A DNA stretch of 63,744 nt, counting the filler, from Octopus bimaculoides (Eukaryota), in assembly GCF_001194135.2 (NCBI RefSeq). It is 7 parts of 7 records of this genome, joined end to end, with 100 filler letters (N's around TTAATTAATTAA, not from the genome) between each part and the next. Parts side by side here need not be neighbours in the genome. Positions count along the whole stretch, not along the records: positions 1 to 21,896 come from NC_068998.1; positions 21,997 to 40,031 come from NC_068982.1; 5 more parts are not named here. One strand, written 5' to 3'. Both the position numbers and the translations under genes were made by a program. Positions 13,451 through 25,135 of this stretch are shown piece by piece. How positions within the stretch are numbered: position 1 is the stretch's first letter; each line of letters starts with the position of its first letter. The notes below the pieces were generated by a model that saw only the letters and a program-made list of their open reading frames with translations, searched no databases and was not told the origin of the DNA.

Positions 13451-13850
13451 CATCACCCATATGACGTTAGTGTCTAATTAAAAACATCCTGAGCTGGTAT
13501 ATTTCACGGTTTGAAACGCTATATAGACGCTCACTCCTCATTCTATGATATATCAACGATGGCAGAATCGCTTGTGATTTCTCTTGTTGCTCTTCTTTCT
13601 GTTCTCATTTTCGTCGCTGGTATTGTTGTTGTTGCTGCTACTGCTACTACTACTGCTACTCTTTGATGTAATTTTACGTTAGCAGCAAAACATCTATAAA
13701 TATGCAGAACGCGCCAACAAAATCGAAGACGACGCATTAAATGTAATCTCCAGAATTCTTGACGGATCTTTCTATTATACATGAAAACCTAGCAGTTCCT
13801 TAGAAGAAACTACTATGTATTTCTTCATTCTACTGAACATCGCAGTGGAA

Positions 13851-14160
13851 GGTGCCTGGTTTAGTGGTTAGTGGTATTCGACTCACGATCGTAAGGTTGT
13901 GAGTTCAATTCCCGCGGCGATGCGTTGCGTCCTTGAGAAAAAGATTTCATTTTGCTTTGCTCTTGTCCACACAGTTTGAATATAATGTGTTGCACTTCTT
14001 ATTCAAAGGGGCCAGTCTTTTCACATTCTGCGCCATGCTGAATATCGTTGGGAACGACGTGAAAGGTACACATATTTGTGGAGTACTCAGCCATTTGCGC
14101 GTTAATTTGACGAGCGGAGCAACTAGAACCTTCTGCGGCGTAACCGAATGAGTGCCACTG
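13851..14160 (+). mobile_element. SINE family D copy
   Basis: tRNA-like head with A box (tggtttagtgg) and B box (gagttcaattcc); body matches the other family D copies. Confidence 0.8.
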
Positions 14161-14657
14161 AAACATCACAGCCAAATATCATGTTCATTTCGCACTTCCA
14201 CCGTCAAAAATTTAGGAAAAAAGATCACAGGAACTGGAAAATATATCTGAAACAAAAAAGAAAAAAAGCAAGATCGGCACGACTGGAACGCTTTTAGTTG
14301 TATGTTATTGGAACCAGACTGATTGAACTAAAACAAGAACAACGACAACGTCAGTAATGAGAACAAGAAAAATAGCAACAGTAATGAGAACAACAACATA
14401 CATTGATAAAGCAAAAATAAGTTTGAAACATTAAAAAAACTAATTTTACAGTCAATTTACAGATAGCCATTTTCTTAAAAAAATAATTATTGTCTTAAAA
14501 ATATCTTTAATGGACTCTAGTAAACAAATTAAATATTGGGGCTTTTTTTTCATTTTTTTTTTTGGGAGAGAGGAAAGAAACACAAATAAATGTAAACACG
14601 AGAGGAACAACAACAAAACATATTCCGAATTAAGCTTCCTAACTAAATATACCAGCA

Positions 14658-14731
<74 letters not shown>
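14658..14731. repeat. (TAG)n microsatellite
   Basis: Direct reading. Confidence 0.97.
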
Positions 14732-14732
<1 letters not shown>

Positions 14733-14761
14733 CTTGGGGGCGAGTCGATATCATCGTCTCC

Positions 14762-14870
14762 ACCACTAGCCTCTTATGTTATCGACCCCGGAAAAGATTA
14801 AAGGCAAAGTTTATCACGGCGGAATTTGAACTCAGAACATAAAGACAGACGAAATAGCGATAAGCTGCCA
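14762..14870 (-). mobile_element. SINE family B fragment
   Basis: ttatcgaccccggaaaagattaaaggcaaagt...ggcggaatttgaactcagaac. Confidence 0.75.
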
Positions 14871-15214
14871 TCAGAGGATTAGGTTTAATCCCTTCAAAAT
14901 CTCGTACCATCTGAAATGATTGGTCATTGAAACTGATATGTGATCCGCCATTAATTTTACTTCTTAGACAAGTTCTTTCTCTTAGAAAAGTGGTTTGTTT
15001 CTAATCCCGGTTGTTAAAACTTCAGAGTTAACGAGATGGACAAAATAAAATCTCTGTTATTTTATATTAGTAGTTGTCTTTGAAATATAATATCTTTTTC
15101 TCACTTATGTAAAAGGCCCCGAATTTAAAGAGATAGCATTGACTACGGTCCTTTAATGTGACATTTTCTCGACTTTGTAAAGAACACAGAAGTGAATTTC
15201 GGACAGAATTCATT

Positions 15215-15680
15215 GGAGAACGTAACGATTTAGCCTCTGGTCCCTTCGACAGCAATTAAACCTCTTGAAGAGAGTTCAAGTTAACCTTGGTCTCTCTTCA
15301 TGTACAATCGGTTACTCTCAGCTTTTGGATGGTCGACTCCATGCATAGTCAACAACCTTCTAGTTTTTGAGTCAAATATTTCTATGTCCCTTTTTACTCA
15401 GTCCGCTATTCCATGTCCAAATATGATAACCGGCACAAATCTTCAATTTATCACTTCGATAGCATCTTTAGAATTTAATTTTGACTATGATATTTTCCTC
15501 ACTCTCCTTGTATGCAGTCCCTTGAAATTTGCTTCATCTGTTCATGTTTTATTTCATCTGCCTCTAGTATTCCCAAACATTTATATACAACCGCCATTTC
15601 TCAACAGCTTTCATTGGTTGCCCATTTGTAATTTCAGCTCCCTAGCTTCCATCAAATTTTCCACGTTTCATTTTGAATAA
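15215..15680 (-). pseudogene. Decayed post-RT region of an R4/Dong-like non-LTR retrotransposon ORF
   Basis: Minus-strand translation with stops and frameshifts: FKMKRGK...CLGILEADEIKHEQMK...VIIFGHGIAD*VKRDIEIFDSKTRRLLTMHGVDHPKAESNRLYMKRDQG...RGLIAVEG. This resembles the YKYLG / HP...RLY..R..GGRGL motifs of REL-clade LINEs. Confidence 0.8.
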
Positions 15681-15692
15681 AGCACACTTTTA

Positions 15693-15975
<283 letters not shown>

Positions 15976-16060
15976 AATATTGTTGTTTCTGCTGTAATAG
16001 TGGTCGCTACAATCGTGGCGATGTTCTTCACATTGACGATGGTGCTGCGGAAACAGACGG

Positions 16061-16092
<32 letters not shown>

Positions 16093-17301
16093 TTAATGGT
16101 CAGCATGAGAATATTGATGTTCATATTTATAAAGAGGTCGAAAATAACAACACAAACAGTCAAACGATATTAATAGTCGTAATAACAGCAGTGTTCATAA
16201 ACATTTAATATTGCTACAATTAATAAAGAATTCAAAACTACAAAATAATAAAAAGCCCAAATATATCCGACAAAAATTTAGAAAATATGTATAAAAAAAG
16301 AATCCATTATTAAAAGTTTAATTACTTCAACTTAGATAATTATTTTTCCTAAAACTATTTTACTGATCGAAAAACTAAATCGTAAGCGAAGACAAAAAGC
16401 TTAAAAAATACTGCTTATTTTTCAAAAAAAAAAGTATGTAAAAATCAATATATTTCGTCAAGATACGAATTGAGAATCTTTAAATAAAGTTAGATTCTAC
16501 TTCATTTTGTTGATAAATCATTCTATTTTGATATCAACAAGATTTGCTAATTCTAATTGGGATCAAACTCATGGCTTCTGGCTAACCATCTGTCCATGAC
16601 ACTCAACTGCAGTTATTTACGTCGTAAACAAACGAAAAATATAAATGGAATATAATTATAACATAAAATGTGTAGCCACATAAATACACAAACACAAGCA
16701 CCACAAAAATATTGACTTAAAAACATACACACGCCTTTCCTCCAAAGCTTATCCAATCAGATTTAACTGATCTCTGTGTTGGTGTAAAAGCCATCGTTGT
16801 TGATTTTGTGTAGCCGTAAATCAAACTTGGTCAAGCAAAATGAACATTTAAGTGTATTCCATCCTTGACTCTCACGTTTGTTTTTGCATAAATGCAAATA
16901 TGGTATTGAGTGATACATATGTGAAATATCTACGCTGATGATATTTAGTATGTCCTCGTATCTGTAAGATATTTTGGTGATTTGAGACAAATATCCTTGC
17001 CATGTCCAGCAACAAGTCAGTGTTCGTCTTCTCCTTGTTGCTGATAGTGTTGTTATTGTTTGTTGTTGTTAAAATTAGGAATGATGGTGTTGGTAACCTT
17101 TGATTAAATAGATTAACAGTGTTGAGTAGCTTCATATGTTATGATTAAGCTTTCCTTAATTAGAATGAAACAACGTAGATCGCTGGAAGTGTGTCCAACC
17201 AGTTCTGTATAGGCCTCCAACAATTTATACTACGTTATTCATTGTAGACATCCATACAGGCATCTGCTACACAGGACCCAGTAAGTTTTGGAAGACATAT
17301 G

Positions 17302-17361
<60 letters not shown>

Positions 17362-18181
17362 AACAGGTATGTGTGTATGTATATATATNNNNNNNNNNNN
17401 NNNNNNNNNNNNNNNNNNNNNNNNNNNNNNNNNNNNNNNNNNNNNNNNNNNNNNNNNNNNNNNNNNNNNNNNNNNNNNNNNNNNNNNNNNNNNNNNNNNN
17501 NNNNNNNNNNNNNNNNNNNNNNNNNNNNNNNNNNNNNNNNNNNNNNNNNNNNNNNNNNNNNNNNNNNNNNNNNNNNNNNNNNNNNNNNNNNNNNNNNNNN
17601 NNNNNNNNNNNNNNNNNNNNNNNNNNNNNNNNNNNNNNNNNNNNNNNNNNNNNNNNNNNNNNNNNNNNNNNNNNNNNNNNNNNNNNNNNNNNNNNNNNNN
17701 NNNNNNNNNNNNNNNNNNNNNNNNNNNNNNNNNNNNNNNNNNNNNNNNNNNNNNNNNNNNNNNNNNNNNNNNNNNNNNNNNNNNNNNNNNNNNNNNNNNN
17801 NNNNNNNNNNNNNNNNNNNNNNNNNNNNNNNNNNNNNNNNNNNNNNNNNNNNNNNNNNNNNNNNNNNNNNNNNNNNNNNNNNNNNNNNNNNNNNNNNNNN
17901 NNNNNNNNNNNNNNNNNNNNNNNNNNNNNNNNNNNNNNNNNNNNNNNNNNNNNNNNNNNNNNNNNNNNNNNNNNNNNNNNNNNNNNNNNNNNNNNNNNNN
18001 NNNNNNNNNNNNNNNNNNNNNNNNNNNNNNNNNNNNNNNNNNNNNNNNNNNNNNNNNNNNNNNNNNNNNNNNNNNNNNNNNNNNNNNNNNNNNNNGTGTG
18101 TGTGTGTGTATGTATGTGTGTGTGTGTGTGTATGTGTGTGTGTGTGTGTGTGTGTGAGTGTTTCGAGTGTTTCTGTAAAGC

Positions 18182-18440
18182 AGGTGTTCTCATTTGGGAA
18201 GCATATGTCCCTTGCGGGTTCACAAGATTTTGTTTTTAAAAATTGAACTCCAATGAACTGGTCATACTTCTAAAAGTACACAAACTATTTTCAACTACTT
18301 CTTTATACAATCCCTTATATTATTCAATTGTAAAAAATAAAGTAATGTGGATATTTTAAACATCGAATGGCTAAAGGTTCCATCCGATTAAAATAAGATT
18401 TCAAAGGGGCCATTTGCAAAAAGGGTCTAGGAACCATTTC
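18182..18440 (+). mobile_element. Degenerate hAT-type MITE
   Basis: Starts CAGGTGTTCTCA and shares internal ttttaa.catcgaatggcta and aagattt..aaa.gg.cc motifs with 40826-41168. Confidence 0.5.
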
Positions 18441-18790
18441 TCTAAGACAACAATATAAAGATACAAACTTCGTATCATTTCTATTAATTCTGTTCTTCAC
18501 GTACTTGTTTTGTTTCTCGTCTACAGAACTCTAACTCGAAATGTTAATTAGCCTTCTGTTCCTTTTATAAGCAGATACAGTTTTCCATTACACACTTGTT
18601 CAGATTCTTTTTTGCTTAGTTTCGTATCTCTTAGTTTTTTCCACTTGAGGTTTTATTTGTCAAACTTGCTTTATAGGTTATTTGTTTCTCTTCTGATCAC
18701 CTCATTAGCTTCATTATATTACACCTGCCTTTTTGCAACTATCTTTATATCACACAATTGTCTCTAACTCTGCCTAGATCTATCTATCTG

Positions 18791-18848
<58 letters not shown>

Positions 18849-18909
18849 ATTCAATGTATCTGTCTGTCTCTCTATCCATCCATCCATCTATATGTCTGTC
18901 TGTCTATCG

Positions 18910-18975
<66 letters not shown>

Positions 18976-19775
18976 TTATCTGTCGGTGTGTCTGTCTGTC
19001 TGTCTATCTGTCTGTCTGTCTATCTGTCTGTCTGTCTATATATCTATCTATTTATCATTCAATTTATCTCCGTCTATATCTGTCTCTCTGTCTATCTAGC
19101 TATTAAGTTATCTAGAGAAGGAGAGAGGAGGAGGAAGAAGAAGAAGAAGAAGAAGAAGAAGAAGAAGATGAAGAAGAAGAAAGGGGAGGAGGGAGAGGAA
19201 GTGGAAAAGAAGAAGCAGAAAAAGGAGGAGAAGGAGGAGAAGGAGGAAGAGGAGCAGGAAGAAGTGGAGGAGAATGAAGATGAGGAGAGTAGTAGTAGTA
19301 GTAGNNNNNNNNNNNNNNNNNNNNNNNNNNNNNNNNNNNNNNNNNNNNNNNNNNNNNNNNNNNNNNNNNNNNNNNNNNNNNNNNNNNNNNNNNNNNNNNN
19401 NNNNNNNNNNNNNNNNNNNNNNNNNNNNNNNNNNNNNNNNNNNNNNNNNNNNNNNNNNNNNNNNNNNNNNNNNNNNNNNNNNNNNNNNNNNNNNNNNNNN
19501 NNNNNNNNNNNNNNNNNNNNNNNNNNNNNNNNNNNNNNNNNNNNNNNNNNNNNNNNNNNNNNNNNNNNNNNNNNNNNNNNNNNNNNNNNNNNNNNNNNNN
19601 NNNNNNNNNNNNNNNNNNNNNNNNNNNNNNNNNNNNNNNNNNNNNNNNNNNNNNNNNNNNNNNNNNNNNNNNNNNNNNNNNNNNNNNNNNNNNNNNNNNN
19701 NNNNNNNNNNNNNNNNNNNNNNNNNNNNNNNNNNNNNNNNNNNNNNNNNNNNNNNNNNNNNNNNNNNNNNNNNNN

Positions 19776-19827
<52 letters not shown>

Positions 19828-19945
19828 ATGTGTGTATGTGTTTACGCGTGTGTGTGTGCGCGCGGGCGTGAACGCGCGAGTACTTTTCATTGTTTTGCGT
19901 CTATATTTGTCATATACAGAAATGGCTTAAGACCAAATTACTACA

Positions 19946-19982
<37 letters not shown>

Positions 19983-19992
19983 NNNNNNNNNN

Positions 19993-20027
<35 letters not shown>

Positions 20028-20254
20028 GACTACTACTACTTCGTCATACATTTAGAAATATTTTTTTAAGCATAATGTAAAGTAATATTATAAATTTTGG
20101 TTGTCATTCTTCATTAATATTAAGTTATACACTTCTTATATTTTTCATGTTTTTTCTTGCCTTTTATTATTGATTTGCAATAAGATTTAGTATTATAATA
20201 AATATATAAAGAACACCTTCCAGTCATTCACACACACGTATATATATGTATATT

Positions 20255-20301
<47 letters not shown>

Positions 20302-20564
20302 ATGTGTGTGTGTTGTATGCCTGTATTTATGGGTGTCTGTGTGTGTGTTTATGTGTGTGTTCTTGGAGTTTAATACATTTGTTAATGCAAATTTAAACAT
20401 ATGCCGAGTTAAATTCGCGATAGAGGGTGTGGAATCAGTTATATAGAATGCAGTTTCCACCTTACTAAAAGAAAACCATGTTCTGTGCTGAAGTACGTTC
20501 TGTTAATCATTTATTCCATTACTGTAGGTTGTTGCAGTTTATTTGCCACAAGTAACCCTGATGG

Positions 20565-20780
20565 TGGAGGCACATAGCGTAGTGTTTAGAGCAGGCGAGG
20601 GATCGCGTTACGAAACTCAGGCAGGGTGATGTGTGTTTTTACGAGCGAGACACATAAACCCAACACGGCTCCGACAGAAGGTAATGCCGAACCCCTGCTG
20701 ACTCTTTCGCCACAGCTTTCGCTCACTTTTTCCTCCTGCATCTACCAGATCACCTGCGACGGACCGGCGTCCTCTCCAAT
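20565..20780 (+). mobile_element. tRNA-derived SINE-like element (another family)
   Basis: ggaggcacatagcgtagtgtttagagc...cgaaactc head; GC-rich relative to flanks; followed by a family B fragment (minus, about 20780-20868). Confidence 0.45.
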
Positions 20781-20876
20781 TGGGGGACCCCTATACGCCA
20801 ACGAAACCCAGAAACGGACCCTAAACATTTCGCCCGGTGTGCTAATGTTTCTGCCAGCTCGCCGCCGTATAAAATA

Positions 20877-21130
20877 TTAGGTTGGTGAAAAATTATTGCG
20901 GCTTGTTTTCAATAAATTTTCTGCAACAAAAGCAGTAACAACATTTAAAAAAAACATCTTTAAATGATTATTCCAACTGGCTGCCAAGGAAATGGGAAGC
21001 AATAATTGAAGTAGAATGGTGTATATGCTCCGGAATAATCATTTAAAGATGTTTTTGTTAAATGTCGTTATTGTTTTTGCTGAATAAAATTTATCGAAAA
21101 GAAAACCGTAATAATTATGCACCAACTTAT
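20877..21130 (+). mobile_element. Mariner-derived MITE with about 98-bp inverted arms and TA target-site duplication
   Basis: TA|TTAGGTTGGTGAAAAATTATTGCGG...CCGTAATAATTATGCACCAACTTAT|TA. Arms 20877-20974 and 21032-21130. The spacer reads LPRKWEAIIEVE/GVYAPE*, a transposase C-terminus. Confidence 0.9.
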
Positions 21131-21896
21131 TAGTTAAATGAATAATCTTGACATAATTCGTAGTGGTGTTATCTTCGGCAGTAACCGCAACAACGAAGAC
21201 AAGCATAGGAACAATTACAGTTAATCAAAGGAATGGAAATTAGCTCTTAGGAAACAGGCACACACTAATGTCCAAGAGACTGAAATTGGGAAAAGGCGGA
21301 ATATGAGACGCTCTAGGTTACATACTCAACAACAGAGACCTCGTGAAGGGAAAAGTAGGAATACACCAACCGACATTTACCTTACCAAATACCACCATTG
21401 AAGGCCACATCACAACTTATTTACAACGACAACAAAAGCAAAGATAATGACGACAATCGCTGTACCAATTCTTTCTAATTCAGTCGAGTAAAAACAATCA
21501 TTTTTAATTCTACGTTTGTGTTACACTTTGTCGAAATATCACTAAGCTATCACAACTATAGTCATGAACGCTGACAAGAAAATGTCAACACACAGAACCA
21601 CCAACATCACAGCTTTATCATAAAAATAGTAACTCCTCACCAATATTCATTCTGTTTACAAACTTCAGGTGTCATATTGGAAATAGTTCGGAAAGAAACA
21701 AACAATCTAATGAACTTAAGAAATCATTTCTAAAAATTGTTGTTACTTCTGTCTGTCGCCCTCTCCTTCTGTCTCTCTTTCTCCCTCTCTCTAACGTTTT
21801 GTTCTCTTCCCCTCAATGCATTAACACACTTACGTATGGGGAAGAGTGTGAGACTAAGAGAGAGGGGGCAGGGAGAAGGATATATATATATATATA

Positions 21897-21996
21897 NNNN
21901 NNNNNNNNNNNNNNNNNNNNNNNNNNNNNNNNNNNNNNNNTTAATTAATTAANNNNNNNNNNNNNNNNNNNNNNNNNNNNNNNNNNNNNNNNNNNN
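21897..21996. other. Artificial scaffold-joining linker (N44-TTAATTAATTAA-N44)
   Basis: Exactly 100 bp, with a palindromic stop-rich core at 21941-21952. Confidence 0.97.
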
Positions 21997-22033
<37 letters not shown>

Positions 22034-22362
22034 TACATAATATATATATATATATATATATATTCATATACATGTATATATAATCTATATGGATATATGT
22101 GTGTGTTCGTGATTTACATACACTTATATGTATATATATATGTATGTGTGCATATATATGTATATATATACACACATATATATAGATAGATATACAATTT
22201 ATATTATATGTTACATAATTATATAGATATGCACATGTAAATGCACATATAGATATGCAGATATGCGTGTATATATATATATATATACGTACATTTATAC
22301 ACACTCGTATACACAGTTACATGCATATATATATATACACACACACACACATATATATATAT

Positions 22363-22473
<111 letters not shown>

Positions 22474-23411
22474 TGCACACAAAGACACACATAAAGATAC
22501 ACATACACTCATACAACACACATACATGCACACATGCACACAGCACATACACAAGCACACTCATACACATAGTACGCTTAGCTGATTTCATGCAAGTGCG
22601 TGAGGAAGAAATATTAACAAGTATCGAACTACAGGAAAATAGCATCTATCTTTCCACCTGACATATTTATAACAAGAATCAACCGCTGATGAAGGTATAT
22701 GCAGGTAGAAATCAAATATGAGACCCAAATAAACCAAAAAGTGTTTCATGAAGAATTGTAGCATAAACTTAATTAAATGAATGCAGAGCAACTAAATTTC
22801 TTGACGAAGTCCGCAAATTTTCTTTTTTTTTTTTCACTTTTGAGCCTAGTTTTCTGGGGTTTTTTTTTTTGATTTTTAAATTTTTTTTTCTTTGGTAGAT
22901 TGCAAACAAACATTTTATCACAAATAAAAGACATGATTTAAGCATAACATAATGGATTGCATACGTACAAATATACAGTCAAGATGAATTAGGAATATGT
23001 AAAAATTGCAGCAATTTTTTTTTTTTTTTGATATTTCTTTTGTATCACTTTTGGTGAGTTTTTTTTTTCTTTCTTTTTCGCAATTCAATCTTAATTGAAA
23101 CTTAGGATGAAACAAGTCATAACAGAGATGCTGATGATAATGATGATAATGATGATGATGATGATCATAATAATAATAATAATAGTAACAATAAGGATAA
23201 TAAAAATAATAATTATAAGAAAAAAAACAAATAAAACAGCAAATTGAAGACGAACAAGAGTAAGAAGAAAGTCAAAGAATTTTAAACTGAAATTAATTTA
23301 AGATGAAAAAAAATAGACATATAAAAAAAATTATAAAAAAGCTAAAGGAAATAACAGGTAAAAGATACAAAAATAAATTAAGAAAGTATAGTAGAGTTAT
23401 AATATTCACAC

Positions 23412-23678
23412 CTGTTTTTCATCCTTCGTTTTGTTGCTTGTAGTTACGACTGCTCGGTCACAATAGCTTCCTTCTAACAGGGCCACTCCTGACGGCCGAC
23501 TTGCAGAATCATTCTCATAGTAAAACAGGAAATTCTGGTAAAGTATGAACCACCTGAGCTGCCACTTGCCAGTATCGGAACTTTTCTTGTACAGGTAACC
23601 GCACAGAGTGTTCTCCTGGCGAGCCTTTTGGGCCAAATATAATATTTGGCTCTCATTGAATCGGATTGCTTTTTGCAT
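23412..23678 (-). CDS. RASGRF: First coding exon of a Ras-specific guanine nucleotide-releasing factor (RasGRF1/2-like), N-terminal PH domain
   Basis: MQKAIRFNESQILYLAQKARQENTLCGYLYKKSSDTGKWQLRWFILYQNFLFYYENDSASRPSGVALLEGSYCDRA...EKQ closely parallels the vertebrate RASGRF1 N-terminus (MQKAIRLN...GYLSKRSSD..KWQ.KWF.L.QN.LFYFE.DS.SRPSGLYLLEG..CDRA). In-frame TAA upstream of the ATG; phase-0 donor CAG|GTGTGA at 23412/23411. Confidence 0.95.
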
Positions 23679-23749
23679 TGTCGAATTTTTATATATATTT
23701 GGTGGTTATATTCCCCAAGACACGGGAGTTGTTAGTAGAAGTATATGCT

Positions 23750-23750
<1 letters not shown>

Positions 23751-23786
<36 letters not shown>

Positions 23787-24451
23787 AGGAGGTGATGGTG
23801 TTAATGGTGGTGGTGAATGAGGCTGTAGAGGTGATGGGGATGATTGTGGTGGTGGTTAATGACTGTGGTGATGATGGCGGTGGAGTGGTGGTGGTGGTGG
23901 TTGTGGTGGTGGTGGTAGTGGTGGTGCTAGTGGTTGATGCAGCAGTGGTGATGGAAGTGTCGATGATAAAGCTGGTGGTGGTGGTGGTGGTGGTGTTGGT
24001 GGTGGTGATGTTGGNNNNNNNNNNNNNNNNNNNNNNNNNNNNNNNNNNNNNNNNNNNNNNNNNNNNNNNNNNNNNNNNNNNNNNNNNNNNNNNNNNNNNN
24101 NNNNNNNNNNNNNNNNNNNNNNNNNNNNNNNNNNNNNNNNNNNNNNNNNNNNNNNNNNNNNNNNNNNNNNNNNNNNNNNNNNNNNNNNNNNNNNNNNNNN
24201 NNNNNNNNNNNNNNNNNNNNNNNNNNNNNNNNNNNNNNNNNNNNNNNNNNNTGGTGGTGGTGGTGGTGGTGGTGGTGGTGGTGATGGTGTTGTAGGTGGT
24301 GATGGTGAAGGAGGCGTTGGAGGTGCTTGCTGGTGGTAGTTGCCGTCGCCGCCACCGTCTTGCTAATAGCCGTGGTGGTGATCGTGATGGTAGTGGCGGT
24401 GGTGGTGGTGGTGGTGGTAAATCTAAGTCTCAAGAAGCTGAACAACATTAA

Positions 24452-24487
<36 letters not shown>

Positions 24488-24770
24488 AGACTGGTCAATG
24501 ATGATGACTTGTATTCGACGGCAGCGACGACAGCGGTGGAGGTGATCACTATCGAAATGATGATGATGATGATGATGATGACGACGGGGGCTTTGGTTGT
24601 GGGAGAAGCGTTCGTGGGAGAGGTGGGCTGTTGGTGGCTGAGCAGACGACGATGACGACGATTATAAGGACGACGGCATCGACGACGATGACGATGATGA
24701 TGATGAGAATGGTAGTGAGGATGATGATAATGATAATGATGATGCTGATGATGAAGTTGTTGCTGTTGTC
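23751..24770. repeat. Compound triplet array (TAG, GGT, AAC, GAT) upstream of the RasGRF ATG
   Basis: Direct reading; includes a gap at about 24015-24251. Confidence 0.9.
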
Positions 24771-25014
24771 GTACTTGTTTTTGGTTGATACTACAGTTTC
24801 AGTGTTGCTGCTGATGTTGAGTGACCACCAGTTTAGTTCCTACCACTACCTTCAAGACTTCTTTACTCCGTCTCTTACGCCGTGCTTTACTCTTTTTTCC
24901 TTTCCGTTGTTTTTGTTTTTTGATATTTATAACCCCCTTGCTTGCTTCTTTTTCTCACTCACTCTGTCCCCCTCATATTTCCACTCACACTTCTACTCTT
25001 TCTCTCTCCCTCAC

Positions 25015-25080
25015 CGTGTCGCCGTCACTCGCTCGTTCGTTCGCTCCTCCCTCTCGTCCGCTTCGTGATTGACTGCGCCT
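25015..25080 (-). promoter_or_regulatory. Candidate CpG-rich promoter / non-coding first exon of RasGRF
   Basis: Local CpG enrichment; CCAAT-like AGTCAATCAC (25065-25074); donor-like ACG|GTGAGG at 25015/25014; candidate acceptor CTACAG| at 23748/23747. Inference only. Confidence 0.25.
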
Positions 25081-25104
25081 CTGAATCTGTTTTCCTCCCC
25101 TTCT

Positions 25105-25135
<31 letters not shown>

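Noticed and set aside
15300-15680. 126-aa plus-strand ORF
   Set aside because: Antisense shadow of a LINE RT relic.
21941-21952. Recurrent TTAATTAATTAA motif as a regulatory site or CRISPR-like repeat
   Set aside because: Always centred in exactly 44+44 Ns, so it is an assembly linker.
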